Part shown: one piece after another, positions 27,675 to 38,105 of the stretch
Layout of the letters: each line of letters starts with the position of its first letter
Numbering within the stretch: position 1 is the stretch's first letter
NCBI GenBank assembly: GCA_963666315.2
Contig: CAXXHG010000012.1
Span: forward strand, 1-40,886
Source of the DNA: Candidatus Binatia bacterium
GTDB taxonomy: Bacteria > Desulfobacterota > Binatia > Bin18
DNA: 40,886 nucleotides
Direction of reading: 5' to 3'
Notes under the pieces: generated by a model
Databases searched by the model: none
What the model saw: the letters and a program-made list of their open reading frames with translations, nothing else
Told to the model about the DNA's origin: nothing
Translations under genes and position numbers: made by a program

Positions 27675-28886
27675 ATGAGAGAAGTTGCCATTGTCGCTGC
27701 GGGCATGACCCGCTTTGCGAAACACCTGGATAAAGGCATGAAAGAGCTGTCTCGCGAGGCGATTGAGGCGGCCCTCGAATCCGCCGGAGTTGAGGCAAGC
27801 CAGCTTGAAGCCGTCGCCGTCGGGAACGCCATGGCAGGGCTGATTACCGGCCAGGAATGCATTCGTGGTCAAGTCGTCCTGCGTGAAATGGGCATTGGCG
27901 GCATTCCGGTGATTAACACCGAGAACGCCTGCGCCAGTGCGGCCACCGCATTTCATCTGGCCTGGTTGTATATTGCTTCGGGTATGTACGACGTCGTGCT
28001 TGCTCTGGGTATGGAGAAGCTCTACCACGAGGACAAAAAAAAATCTTTCGCCGCACTCGGCAGTGCGATCGATGTCGAACTGATGCAGCAAACGCTCACC
28101 GATATGAAACAGACTACACAGGACAAAGGCCAAGGTGCGGGTAAATCGCGCAGCATGTTCATGGATTTCTACGCTGAATTCGCGCGCAGTCATATGCGCA
28201 AATACGGCACGACCAAAGAACACTATGCGGGGGTCGCGGCCAAAAATCATACTAATGGTAGCTTGAATCCGCACGCACAGTTTCAGACTCCACGCAGCGT
28301 AGAAGACATCCTGGCATCGCCCATGATCGCCGATCCGCTGACGCGGATGATGTGCTCGCCGATTGGCGATGGCGCGGCAGCCGTGGTGCTGACCAGCGCG
28401 GACAAGGCCAAAGAGTTCACCACCAAACCGGTGTATGTGAAAGCTTCAGTCCTGGGCTCCGGCCAGGACCGTCAACCCGGTGATCCTGGCGTTACCGAGC
28501 GTATAGCTAAGAAAGCCTACGAAGTCGCGGGTATTGGTCCGGAAGATCTCGACGTAGCCGAGGTGCATGACGCCTCAGCACCGGCGGAGCTCATCATTTA
28601 TGAAGAACTGGGTTTATGCCAACAGGGCGAAGGCGGCCGCTTGATTGACGAAGGGTTTACCGCCTTGGGCGGCAAGACGCCGGTAAACCCGAGCGGTGGC
28701 CTGCTGGCCAAGGGTCATCCGGTTGGTGCCACGGGCACAGCCCAAATTGCCGAGATCTTTTGGCAACTGCGCGGCGAAGCCGGCAAACGCCAGGTTGAAG
28801 GCGCCAAGGTCGGCATGACCGAGAACGGTGGTGGCATGGTCCGCGGCGAAGCCGCAGCCCTGGCCGTTCATATTTTTAGCGTCTAG
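27675..28886 (+). CDS. SCP2-type thiolase (catalytic Cys retained)
   Basis: 'ENACAS', 'EVHDAS', 'GHPVGATG'; GGAGGAG SD before ATG 27675. Confidence 0.92.
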   Translation: MREVAIVAAGMTRFAKHLDKGMKELSREAIEAALESAGVEASQLEAVAVGNAMAGLITGQECIRGQVVLREMGIGGIPVINTENACASAATAFHLAWLYIASGMYDVVLALGMEKLYHEDKKKSFAALGSAIDVELMQQTLTDMKQTTQDKGQGAGKSRSMFMDFYAEFARSHMRKYGTTKEHYAGVAAKNHTNGSLNPHAQFQTPRSVEDILASPMIADPLTRMMCSPIGDGAAAVVLTSADKAKEFTTKPVYVKASVLGSGQDRQPGDPGVTERIAKKAYEVAGIGPEDLDVAEVHDASAPAELIIYEELGLCQQGEGGRLIDEGFTALGGKTPVNPSGGLLAKGHPVGATGTAQIAEIFWQLRGEAGKRQVEGAKVGMTENGGGMVRGEAAALAVHIFSV

Positions 28887-29453
28887 ATGCGTGTCATCTC
28901 TGGCTCGGTGGGTGGGCTGTCGCTCACTGTTCCAAAAAAGGTCCGGCCCACCACCGACCGAGTCAGAGAGTCTGTATTCAACATCCTTACCAGTCGCTTT
29001 TCCCTCACCGATATCGACGTCCTGGATCTCTTCGCCGGCACAGGTGCGCTGGGCATAGAAGCCCTGAGTCGGGGTGCTCGCTCTGCCGTGTTTGTTGAAA
29101 CCAGTCCGGACGCGCAAAAAATTATTCGGACCAATCTGAAGACCACCAAGCTCCTCCATCGGGGTCGGATTCTGAGTGCGTATGCGCTCAAAGGGATCGG
29201 GATCTTAGAAGACCAAGGTCTCCGGTTTGATGGTGTTTTTCTTGATCCTCCGTATGAAGAAGGCTGGGTCGATAAAACACTGCGGCGTTTAGCCCGCAGT
29301 TCGATTTTACGAGCAAGAGCCTGGGTCGTGGTGGAGCACGCCCGGCAGGAAGCCGGAGCCGAGTCCTACGCCCCGTTGGTATTGACGGACAGCCGCCGTT
29401 ACGGCACAACCGGGGTGTCTTTTTACCAACACGAGGGCGAGGAAGCTGAGTGA
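28887..29453 (+). CDS. rsmD: 16S rRNA m2G966 methyltransferase
   Basis: 'MRVISG', 'RPTTDRVRESVF', 'LDLFAGTGALG.EALSRGA', 'LDPPY'. Confidence 0.95.
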   Translation: MRVISGSVGGLSLTVPKKVRPTTDRVRESVFNILTSRFSLTDIDVLDLFAGTGALGIEALSRGARSAVFVETSPDAQKIIRTNLKTTKLLHRGRILSAYALKGIGILEDQGLRFDGVFLDPPYEEGWVDKTLRRLARSSILRARAWVVVEHARQEAGAESYAPLVLTDSRRYGTTGVSFYQHEGEEAE

Positions 29454-29947
29454 AACGTCGCGCTATTTATCCTGGATCTTTTGACCCGCCAACGTACGGG
29501 CATGTCGATATCATTCGTCGGAGCCTTCAGCTCACTGACGAAGTGATCGTTGCTGTTGTGTATAACCCGCAGAAAGACAACTGCCTCTTTACGCCACAGG
29601 AACGCCTCAACATGTTCCGTGAGGAACTTCAGGCTGAGGGCGACCGCGTCGTGTATGATAGTTTTCATGGACTACTCGTTAACTATGTTGAGAAGATGCA
29701 GGCAAACATTATTATCCGTGGTTTGCGCGCCGCTTCAGACTTCGAGTACGAATTTCAGATGGCTCTCATGAATCGTCATATGAAGCCGAATATTGATACG
29801 ATTTTTCTGACGACTGGAGCGGCCCATTTTTATACTGCTGCTCGCTTAGTCAAGGAAATTGCCAGTCTGGGCGGTTCTGTGACAGGCTTAGTCCCACCAC
29901 ACGTCGAAAAACGACTCCGAGAGAAGTTCGCGAATACATCAGATTAA
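29450..29947 (+). CDS. coaD: Phosphopantetheine adenylyltransferase
   Basis: 'YPGSFDPPTYGH', 'RGLRAASDFEYE'; rsmD-coaD synteny. Confidence 0.97.
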   Translation: MKRRAIYPGSFDPPTYGHVDIIRRSLQLTDEVIVAVVYNPQKDNCLFTPQERLNMFREELQAEGDRVVYDSFHGLLVNYVEKMQANIIIRGLRAASDFEYEFQMALMNRHMKPNIDTIFLTTGAAHFYTAARLVKEIASLGGSVTGLVPPHVEKRLREKFANTSD

Positions 29948-30033
29948 CAGCCAGCGTCCGTCCGCTCGCTGGGAATGGACGCCGAGACATCCCATTCGGC
30001 CACCTTTCGAGCGAAGAGGCCTTGAGGCATAGT

Positions 30034-31233
30034 ATGCGTCTTGCAAAACGTTTAGAACTTGTCAAACCGTCGCCAACACTCATGGTTACGGTCAAGGTTG
30101 CCGCCCTACGTCGCGAAGGGATCACCGTCATCGACTTTGGGGCAGGCGAGCCAGATTTCGATACCCCAGATCATATTAAGGACGCGGCGATCACCGCCAT
30201 CAAACAGGGCAAGACAAAGTATACCCCTGTCGGCGGGACAGCCGAGGTCAAGGAAGCCGTCATCGCGAAACTCCAGCGGGAGAACGATCTCAGCTATACA
30301 CTCCCAGAAGTCACCACCGGCTGTGGAGGCAAGCATATTCTTTTCAACGCCTTTCATGCCCTTGTTGGTCCGGGTGATGAAGTCCTCATTCCCGCTCCTT
30401 ACTGGGTCAGCTATTCCGACATCGTGATCTTGGCTGGTGCGACGCCAAAACTGCTTCACACCACGGAGGAGACAGGTTTCAAGATTACGGCAACCCAACT
30501 GCAAGAGGCGATTGGCCCGCAAAGTAAGGTCCTGCTACTCAATAGTCCCTCCAACCCGACAGGTGCGGCGTACACCGAAGACGAGCTGAAACAGATCGCT
30601 GAGGTCATTGAGCACAGCACCCTTTTTACTATCTCTGACGATGTGTACGAGAAATTTTTGTACGATGCACCACGCTGCGCCCACCTGCTGTCACTCAAGC
30701 CCAATCTGCGTGACCGCCTGCTCGTCGCTAATTCGGTATCAAAAACCTATGCCATGACCGGCTGGCGCTTGGGTTATGCAGCGGGTCCGCAAGAAGTCAT
30801 TAAGGCCATGGAAACGATCCAGAGTCAGAGCACGTCAAATCCAAACTCCGTGGCTCAGTCAGCTGCGATTGAAGCGCTTACCGGCACGCAAGAGCCGGTA
30901 GGGATCATGGCAAAGGAGTTTGCTAAACGGCGCAATTACGTTGTTGACCGGTTGCGCGCCATACCCGGTATTTCGTGCACCCTGCCGGAAGGCGCATTCT
31001 ATGTTTTTCCACGCGTCTCTGGTTGTTTTGGCCCAAAGTGGCAGGACAAGACGATTGCTTCGGCCATGGATTTCTCTCTGTATCTATTGGAAGAAGCCAA
31101 GGTCGCCCTGGTCGCTGGTGAGGGTTTCGGCTCGGCTGAGCATGTGCGGATTTCCTATGCCACGTCTATGGAAAACCTCGAAAAGGGTCTCGCTCAGATA
31201 GAGGCCGCATTACAGCGCCTCAGCGGATCATAA
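30034..31233 (+). CDS. PLP-dependent aspartate aminotransferase-like (class I)
   Basis: 'GEPDFDTP', 'APYWVSY', 'NSPSNPTG', 'SKTYAMTGWRLG', 'GAFY'. Confidence 0.93.
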   Translation: MRLAKRLELVKPSPTLMVTVKVAALRREGITVIDFGAGEPDFDTPDHIKDAAITAIKQGKTKYTPVGGTAEVKEAVIAKLQRENDLSYTLPEVTTGCGGKHILFNAFHALVGPGDEVLIPAPYWVSYSDIVILAGATPKLLHTTEETGFKITATQLQEAIGPQSKVLLLNSPSNPTGAAYTEDELKQIAEVIEHSTLFTISDDVYEKFLYDAPRCAHLLSLKPNLRDRLLVANSVSKTYAMTGWRLGYAAGPQEVIKAMETIQSQSTSNPNSVAQSAAIEALTGTQEPVGIMAKEFAKRRNYVVDRLRAIPGISCTLPEGAFYVFPRVSGCFGPKWQDKTIASAMDFSLYLLEEAKVALVAGEGFGSAEHVRISYATSMENLEKGLAQIEAALQRLSGS

Positions 31234-31302
31234 GAACGTCCGCCTCGCCGCAAACACAGGTAGAGGCAATGCATGAATTGCCTGGGCGAGGTATCCTCGC
31301 CC

Positions 31303-31752
31303 CTACCGATCATACCCCGGTCTTTGCCCTGTCCGTCTATATACAAAATAATCGCGCAAGATCTGTTCATGATCAAACGCCAATACAGACGGTAAGCTAC
31401 TCTCTTCGAAGACGCGCGCTTCTGCCGCATCATCCGCTCCGCGTGGCGTTCCGTTTGCCTGAGCGATAAACACCGTTGTGAGGGTATGCTGACGTGGGTC
31501 CCGTTGCGGGTTGGAATAGACGTGGAACTGTTCAATAAGCTGCACCTTGAGTGACGTTTCTTCTGCTGCTTCCCGTACCGCCGCCTGTTCAGCCGACTCT
31601 CCATAGTCAATAAATCCCCCCGGCAGGGCCCAGCCCAGTGGTGGATTTTTGCGGCGAATCAAGACAATTCCGGCACCCTCAGCCGTTTCCAATTCCCATT
31701 CCAATTTGATGATAATGTCTACCGTCGGTATTGGATTGCGATACGTCGGCAT
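31303..31752 (-). CDS. Nudix hydrolase
   Basis: Nudix box '[22 protein letters not shown]', 'RDPR', 'LAFDH'; ATG 31752. Confidence 0.92.
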   Translation of the reverse strand: MPTYRNPIPTVDIIIKLEWELETAEGAGIVLIRRKNPPLGWALPGGFIDYGESAEQAAVREAAEETSLKVQLIEQFHVYSNPQRDPRQHTLTTVFIAQANGTPRGADDAAEARVFEESSLPSVLAFDHEQILRDYFVYRRTGQRPGYDR

Positions 31753-31829
31753 GAAAAGGTAAACTAGCACGCGCTCTTGATCCCCGTAAAGGATTGAGTC
31801 CTGCACTGACAAAACGATATCGTAGACGT

Positions 31830-32819
31830 ATGCAACCGCATTCTCTCAAGCCGCTAGGCATAGGCCTGATCGGAGCAGGCAAACATGGTCTTCGTTACGT
31901 CGAGCATATGGCGGAAGATATTCCGCAGGCTGAGCTTGTTGCCGTGTGCCGCAGGAATCGGTCAGCAGGTGAACAACTTGCCGCGAGGTATGGTTGCCAC
32001 TATCACGCAACATATGATCAGCTCATTGCAGATCAAAACATCGACGCGATTGCGATCGTTGTCCCACCCGCTTTGCACGGATCTATTGTGGCAGCAGCCT
32101 GCCGTGCGGGTAAACATATCCTGATTGAAAAACCGCTTGCAGTGAGTGTCGCCGAGGCACAGCAGATCAGCGCAATTATTGATGCCAGCCCCATTCGCTG
32201 CATGGTTGCCCAGACGTTACGCTTTAATAGTGTGGTACAAACGCTTAAGCAACATCTGTCTGCCATCGCACCCCTGCACTCTCTTCACCTCAGCCAGCAC
32301 TTTGAGCCTTCATCGCTCGCCTGGATCGACCGGAAAGCCGAAAGTGGCGGTGGGATTATTCTCCATACGGGCGTACATAGTTTCGACTTGTTGTATTTCT
32401 TGAGCGGTCAAGCAACTACCCAGGTCTGGTGTCAGACAAAAACAATTTTCACCCGCGAAACCGAAGACAACTTTCAAATGTATGGACGCACTACTGACCC
32501 ACTGCTGACGGTCCAGGTCTCAGGCTCGCGCTCAACCCAGAGTCGAAGCGGTCTGATTGAAATCACAGGTGAAAACGGTCAGCTCGTTGGCGATCATGCA
32601 CATAATTTTGTCGACCTGGTGAGAGGACGCGAGCGTATCCCCGTGTCCGTTCCGCCGCCTGTGCCAACCGTAAAAGAAGCCGTACAAGCTTTTGTCGATG
32701 CTCTCCAAAACAACACACCGTTTCCCGTTACCGTTGAAGACGGCCTGCGCGCGGTGGCGATTGCTGAGGCGTGTTATCGATCTGCGGAAACAGGTCAGAT
32801 AGCAAACGTCATACAGTAA
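31830..32819 (+). CDS. Gfo/Idh/MocA family oxidoreductase
   Basis: 'GLIGAG', '[11 protein letters not shown]', '[12 protein letters not shown]'. Confidence 0.92.
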   Translation: MQPHSLKPLGIGLIGAGKHGLRYVEHMAEDIPQAELVAVCRRNRSAGEQLAARYGCHYHATYDQLIADQNIDAIAIVVPPALHGSIVAAACRAGKHILIEKPLAVSVAEAQQISAIIDASPIRCMVAQTLRFNSVVQTLKQHLSAIAPLHSLHLSQHFEPSSLAWIDRKAESGGGIILHTGVHSFDLLYFLSGQATTQVWCQTKTIFTRETEDNFQMYGRTTDPLLTVQVSGSRSTQSRSGLIEITGENGQLVGDHAHNFVDLVRGRERIPVSVPPPVPTVKEAVQAFVDALQNNTPFPVTVEDGLRAVAIAEACYRSAETGQIANVIQ

Positions 32820-33202
32820 GAACAGGACGAAAAGGTTCCGCAGCCAGTCGGATCATTTTTTACGCTGCCGAAGGCGGTGGCCCCGAACATCGGGAAAGTA
32901 TAACCATTCCCCTTGAGAGCGTATTTTCTTGCTTGACCCTAGCTGCTGGAGAACATTGGTAGCTTCATCAAAAATTGTTCCTGGAGGACGGACACCAATC
33001 TTCACTCGTTTTCTTTTGCCGGAATTCATGCCGTATACCAATATCAGAAAAAGAGACGATTTAAGAGTCTGGATTAGATTTCCCAAAGGGTACAATTAAT
33101 CGCGTTCCTGCTCATGGCACGGAACCCTTGACAAAACCGACCCCGCCCGATTAGTCAGTGAAAAGCTTTGTCCACAGCGGAGTTTTTCTAAAGCGAGGGG
33201 AT

Positions 33203-34000
33203 ATGCCAACCAAGTACATCGATGTTGAAGGCTATGCTGTGAATTATTTTCACACTGGCCGAACGACTTTGCCACTTGTGGTTCCGGATGTGAGCCAGGG
33301 CAAGCTCTTCTTATATGTCCACGGCGCGGGCAGTAACGGCCATTTTGCTCACAAAATGGTCGATATTCTGTCGGCTCAGCACAGCCCTATGTCGTTCGAC
33401 TTTCCGGGCCATGGCCGTTCAAGTGGCACGGAAAGCCTCAAAAGCGTGACCGCGTACAGCGATTTCACCTATGCAGTCTGGAAGGCCCTCGGGGTGCGAC
33501 CCGTGGTGATTATCGGCCACTCCATGGGCGGGGCGATTGCTATCGACCTGGCGCTACGTCATGCCGACATGCTCGAAGGGCTTGTGTTGACTTCCACTGC
33601 GGCGAAGTTCGATATTTCCCACGATCTTATTAAAACCTGGGAATCCGTCATGAAAGGTCGCCAAGGCCAGCCGTTTACCAAGGTCTCATGTTCACCCAAA
33701 ACGCCGCAGGAGATTATCCAAGAAGGCTGGCTGGAGCAGATTAAAACAGACCCGCGTGTACGTTGCTTTGATTTGATAGCGTGTCAGCAAGTTGATCTGA
33801 CAGCGCAACTCGGCGAGATCAAAGTTCCGACTCTTGTTCTGGCTGGAGAAGACGACGCAACCACGCCTGTGGCTCAAGCCGAAGAGTTACGGGAGAATAT
33901 CCCAGGAGCGCAACTGGCCGTAATTCCAGAAGCCGGGCACTGGTTGCCGATTGAAAAACCTCAAGAAGCCTGCAACGCAATTGACGCGTTCTTCAACTAA
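33203..34000 (+). CDS. Alpha/beta fold hydrolase
   Basis: 'HGAG', 'DFPGHG', nucleophile 'GHSMGG', 'GEDD', 'AGHW'. Confidence 0.93.
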   Translation: MPTKYIDVEGYAVNYFHTGRTTLPLVVPDVSQGKLFLYVHGAGSNGHFAHKMVDILSAQHSPMSFDFPGHGRSSGTESLKSVTAYSDFTYAVWKALGVRPVVIIGHSMGGAIAIDLALRHADMLEGLVLTSTAAKFDISHDLIKTWESVMKGRQGQPFTKVSCSPKTPQEIIQEGWLEQIKTDPRVRCFDLIACQQVDLTAQLGEIKVPTLVLAGEDDATTPVAQAEELRENIPGAQLAVIPEAGHWLPIEKPQEACNAIDAFFN

Positions 34001-34010
34001 GAGGGATCTC

Positions 34011-35159
34011 ATGAGTATGAGTCGAAAAGCTGCTCTTGCCGGTGTCTACGAACATCCGTTGCGCTGGGCGCCGCATAAAACTCAATACCAAATCATGGCC
34101 GAGAGTGCGCGCGGTGCGCTAGAGGATGCCGGGCTCAACATTAAAGATGTGAACGGCCTCTGTACCTCAGGCGTTGGCGGCATGGGCATTATTGCTCTGG
34201 CTGAACATCTGAATTTGAATCCGGACTTCCTCGATTCCAACTCGATCGGCGGTTCGTCGTTTGTCTCGCATACTGCGCATGCCGCAGCGGCCATTGCGGC
34301 CGGCTACTGCGATGTGGCGCTTATCTTATACGGCAGTAAATGGTCCTCGGATCGTTTTGCTATTGGCACGGGCGGCGGCGGCAGCGGTGATCCGCCGGAG
34401 CAGTTTGAAGGCTGTTACGGCCCGACTACCGTTGGCGACTATGCGCTGACGGCCCAGCGTCATATGCACGAGTTCGGCACAACGAGTGAGCAACTGGCCG
34501 AGATTGCGGTCACAACCCGCAAGCATGCCTCTCTCAATCCCAACGCCAAATTTCGTGATCTGATTACGGTTGACGACGTGCTGGCCTCACGCGAGGTATC
34601 TTCCCCGCTTCATCTTCTAGACTGCTGCATGATCTCAGATGGCGGTGGCGCTTTGGTTGTCACCTCGGCTGAACGGGCGCGCGATCTCAAGAAGAAGCCG
34701 GTCTATATCATGAGTGCGGCAGAAGCGTGTTCTCACACGAGTGCGGGTATGCGTGACCTTACTGACGCGGCTGCCAAACAGTCCGGTCCCAAGGCTATGG
34801 AGCGGGCTGGGGTGAGTCATGCAGACTTTGACATGGCTATGATCTATGACTCGTTCACCATTACTGTGTGTGTGACTTTGGAAAGTCTTGGTTTTTGTGA
34901 AAAAGGTGAAGGCGGCTCGTTTGTTCAAAACGGGCGCATCGGCCTTGGTGGTGAGCTGCCGATTAATACCGACGGGGGCGGCCTGTCGTCCAACCACCCC
35001 GGCATGCGTGGGATTTTCCTGGTGATTGAGGCCGTCAAGCAGCTCCGGGGTGAATGTGGGGAGCGTCAGGTCAAAGACTGCCAACTTGCCTTGTGTCATG
35101 GCACAGGGGGGACCCTTGGACTCAGACACAGCGGGGCCTCACTGGTCTTGGGCATGTAG
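34011..35159 (+). CDS. Thiolase-fold (SCP-x/Ltp2-like) protein lacking the nucleophilic Cys
   Basis: 'SIGGSS' at the Cys position, 'IYDSF', 'NTDGGGLSSNHPG'. Confidence 0.88.
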   Translation: MSMSRKAALAGVYEHPLRWAPHKTQYQIMAESARGALEDAGLNIKDVNGLCTSGVGGMGIIALAEHLNLNPDFLDSNSIGGSSFVSHTAHAAAAIAAGYCDVALILYGSKWSSDRFAIGTGGGGSGDPPEQFEGCYGPTTVGDYALTAQRHMHEFGTTSEQLAEIAVTTRKHASLNPNAKFRDLITVDDVLASREVSSPLHLLDCCMISDGGGALVVTSAERARDLKKKPVYIMSAAEACSHTSAGMRDLTDAAAKQSGPKAMERAGVSHADFDMAMIYDSFTITVCVTLESLGFCEKGEGGSFVQNGRIGLGGELPINTDGGGLSSNHPGMRGIFLVIEAVKQLRGECGERQVKDCQLALCHGTGGTLGLRHSGASLVLGM

Positions 35160-35194
35160 GCGGCCGGCAGACACAATACGTTGAGGACTATGTT

Positions 35195-35617
35195 ATGGCT
35201 GATGAAAAGAAGAAATCAAAACGTCCTGTGCCGCGTATGGACGAGGAGTCCAAGCCGTTTTGGGAAGCGTGTGCGCGACACGAACTCTACGTCCAAAAGT
35301 GTCGTACTTGTAATACAGTCTTTTATTATCCACGTGCGTTTTGTCCCGAGGATTTATCAAAAGACTTTGACTGGCTAAAATGTAGCGGCAAGGGCATGGT
35401 CTATACCTTCACAATCACTCGGCAGAATCAGAGTTCCGGGTTTCGCAATAAAGTGCCCTATGTCATGGCCTATGTGGAGTTGGAAGAAGGCGTGCGGATG
35501 TTGACCAATATCGTGGACTGTGATCCCGAGACGGTCACGATCGGTATGCCGGTTGAAGTCACGTTTGACGATATGGCCCCAGAGATCTCGGTTCCGCTGT
35601 TCAAACCTGCCGCATAA
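35195..35617 (+). CDS. DUF35 Zn-ribbon/OB-fold protein
   Basis: 'PFWE', 'CRTC...CPED', 'PYVMAYVELEEG', 'IGMPV'; ATG 35195 after GAGGA. Confidence 0.9.
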   Translation: MADEKKKSKRPVPRMDEESKPFWEACARHELYVQKCRTCNTVFYYPRAFCPEDLSKDFDWLKCSGKGMVYTFTITRQNQSSGFRNKVPYVMAYVELEEGVRMLTNIVDCDPETVTIGMPVEVTFDDMAPEISVPLFKPAA

Positions 35618-35760
35618 GTCTGCGTAAGTCTGAGGGAAGGACACGGAGGTCCCTCCTGGCTTTCCATTGCCACAACCGTTCGCCTCTGGCACTATAAGTC
35701 CCTATTTCTCAACTAGAAAACTAAAAGCTGAGCCGACCGGCAGGCTATTTAGGATACCCG

Positions 35761-36429
35761 ATGGCACGAATGATTGACCTCCACTTGCATTCCGAACTCT
35801 CAGACGACAGCCGTGCGCCAGTCGAGGCATATCTCAAGTGGCTGGCACGGAAACGGGATGAGCGACCGCTCGACGGCATCGTCCTGACTGAACACCGGCA
35901 ATTTGACTCGCACAATGACTACCGCGCACTCGAAGACAAATACGGCATGCTTATTCTCAAAGCCTCTGAAGTCGAAACCGAGTATGGCCACGTACTCGTA
36001 TACGGCGTGAACGACGATATGCTCAAACGCTTCGATTTCTCTAACGTGCGTCTCCGGGCTCAAGAACTGATTGATGAGGTGGCAGCCATGGGCGGTGTTG
36101 CTATGCCGTGTCATCCCGGTCGACCGACTATCGGACTGATCGAGCATTATGAGAACAGACCGCCGCTGGAAGGGGTAGTTGGGGTTGAGGCCCTTAACGG
36201 TGGTAGTAAAAAGGGCGAAAATGAGCGCGTTGCTGAGCTGATCGACTCGTATGGCTATCATGCCTTTGGTGGCAGCGACGCGCATCTGGTGAGTTTCGTT
36301 GGTATTTGTGCGACAGAATTTGAGAAAGATATTACCAATACAGAAGAGCTGGTTGATGCCCTTAGAACGGGGGACTATCACCCCGTCGATTTCCGTGTTC
36401 GGCGGACTCCCGTACAAAACAGCGCCTAG
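35761..36429 (+). CDS. PHP domain metal-dependent phosphoesterase
   Basis: 'DLHLHS', 'LTEH', 'GH', 'CHP', 'GGSDAH' metal-ligand motifs. Confidence 0.9.
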   Translation: MARMIDLHLHSELSDDSRAPVEAYLKWLARKRDERPLDGIVLTEHRQFDSHNDYRALEDKYGMLILKASEVETEYGHVLVYGVNDDMLKRFDFSNVRLRAQELIDEVAAMGGVAMPCHPGRPTIGLIEHYENRPPLEGVVGVEALNGGSKKGENERVAELIDSYGYHAFGGSDAHLVSFVGICATEFEKDITNTEELVDALRTGDYHPVDFRVRRTPVQNSA

Positions 36430-36440
36430 AGGATGACACC

Positions 36441-36884
36441 ATGGCCCCTGATTTTGATCGGTCCATTTTAGGACAAATCTTTGACGAAACTGACTTTCCG
36501 CCTATTACTAAGAACGACATCCTTAAATTTGCCGAGGCGCTGGGTGAAACCAATCCGCTCTATACGGACGTGGAAGCCGCAGCTCAAGGGCCATACGGCG
36601 GGCTCATTGCGCCGCCGACCTTTGTGACCCGCTTACGCCCCCAAAAGATGACGCCCGAACATATGCCGCGCTTTGGCAAGATGGGCTTCGACGGCGGGCG
36701 TGATCTCGAAAACTTTATTCCGGTTCGGCCTGGTGATGTACTGAAAATGGTCAGTACCATTCACGATATTTATGAGAAGACCGGACGCAGCGGCTCCATG
36801 TACTTTATAGTGCTGCGCAATGAGATTACGAACCAAAACGGTGAGAAAGTCGCGGTTATTGACCATAGGATTGTGCAGCGATGA
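36441..36884 (+). CDS. MaoC-like (hotdog) dehydratase, N-terminal type subunit
   Basis: 'FAEALGETNPLY.D', 'APPTF', 'PVRPGD', 'KTGRSG.MYF'. Confidence 0.88.
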   Translation: MAPDFDRSILGQIFDETDFPPITKNDILKFAEALGETNPLYTDVEAAAQGPYGGLIAPPTFVTRLRPQKMTPEHMPRFGKMGFDGGRDLENFIPVRPGDVLKMVSTIHDIYEKTGRSGSMYFIVLRNEITNQNGEKVAVIDHRIVQR

Positions 36885-37303
36885 GGACGATCTATTTTGA
36901 AGACGTAGAAGAAGGCGACGAGCTGCCACCCATCGATATGTTGCTCACTAAGGACTTTGTGCGCCGTTATGCCAGAACGGCAGGAATGGATTTCCCACGC
37001 TTTACCGATGATGAAGGCGCTCGCAAAGAGGGCCTACCCGGCATGATCGCGCCTGGAGTGTTAAGTATGGGGCTGCTGGCCCGGTTGATTAGCGAGTGGA
37101 ACCCGGCGGCACAAATCACCCGGATCGGGACGACATTTCGCAGCCCGGTCCTGCCTGATTGCAATATCCATCTGCTGGGCTTCGTTACCCAAAAGGATGA
37201 CGAGCAGCATACCGCTGAGTGTGATATTTGGATGGAAAATGATGATGGAGAACGATGGGTCATTGGAACGGCAGCCGTTGCGCTGCCGACAAAGGCAGCA
37301 TAG
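36881..37303 (+). CDS. MaoC family (hotdog) dehydratase subunit
   Basis: 'YFEDVEEGDELP', 'GLPGMIAPG', 'FRSPV'; ATGA overlap with the preceding hotdog gene. Confidence 0.85.
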   Translation: MRTIYFEDVEEGDELPPIDMLLTKDFVRRYARTAGMDFPRFTDDEGARKEGLPGMIAPGVLSMGLLARLISEWNPAAQITRIGTTFRSPVLPDCNIHLLGFVTQKDDEQHTAECDIWMENDDGERWVIGTAAVALPTKAA

Positions 37304-37316
37304 GGATTGTGGTGCA

Positions 37317-38105
37317 ATGCAAAAAAGACGAACTCTTTCTATACGTTTTATAGTCCTCTGTCTGGCCGCAGGCCTTGGGTTCAGCCTGCTCTCTGTCCGA
37401 CCTATTCTCGCTCAAAATGGCAGGATTGATGCGGGGCTTAATGGCGGCCTGGACGATCCCTTTGATACGCTCGACGCCTCCACTCCCGTATACGAACCGT
37501 CTGTTCTCGAGCCCTTCAATGAGAAAATGTTTTCGTTCAACATCTGGATGGACGAACATATTCTGCGACCGGCTGCCCGCGTCTATATTAAGGCCGTTCC
37601 GGAGAAAGGACGTCTTGGGGTCCAGCAATTTTTTAACAATATTGGTGTCGTCCCGCGTTTTGTGAATAGCCTTTTTCAGCTCAAACTCGGTGGCGCGGCG
37701 CGTGAGGCAGGCCGCTTTGTAATTAATACCACAATTGGTGGGCTGGGCTTCTTTGATATAGCAAAGGACAAATTCGGCCTGGAGAAGAGCGATGAAGATT
37801 TCGGCCAGACGCTCGGAAAATACGGCGTTGGACCTGGTCCCTACCTGGTCTTGCCGTTCGTCGGTCCTTCAACTGTACGGGATGTGATCGGCAGAGTGGC
37901 AGACGGGGCCATGGATCCTAGACCGCATTTTCTATCAACAACCGACGTTGTTGCCATAGATGTCGGAACAACAGTTGCCGACGCCGTCAATGAACGCTCA
38001 TTGGATCTTGAGCTGTTCGAGAGTGTGAACCGTTTTACGCTGGACTTGTATAGCGCGGTGCAAGACTTCTATTTGCAGGGTCGGGAGAAGCAAGTCGCAG
38101 AATAA
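37317..38105 (+). CDS. mlaA: MlaA/VacJ family protein
   Basis: 'EPFN..MF.FN', 'RFVINTTIGGLGFFD', 'EDFGQTLG.YGVGPGPYLVLPFVGPSTVRD'. Confidence 0.92.
   Translation: MQKRRTLSIRFIVLCLAAGLGFSLLSVRPILAQNGRIDAGLNGGLDDPFDTLDASTPVYEPSVLEPFNEKMFSFNIWMDEHILRPAARVYIKAVPEKGRLGVQQFFNNIGVVPRFVNSLFQLKLGGAAREAGRFVINTTIGGLGFFDIAKDKFGLEKSDEDFGQTLGKYGVGPGPYLVLPFVGPSTVRDVIGRVADGAMDPRPHFLSTTDVVAIDVGTTVADAVNERSLDLELFESVNRFTLDLYSAVQDFYLQGREKQVAE

Noticed and set aside
27534-28274. Apparent 247-aa N-terminal extension making a CofC fusion
   Set aside because: Mostly the antisense shadow of the thiolase on the + strand; CofC similarity begins at GTG 27533.
33116-33133. TGGCACG as a sigma54 promoter
   Set aside because: No GC at the required GG-N10 spacing.
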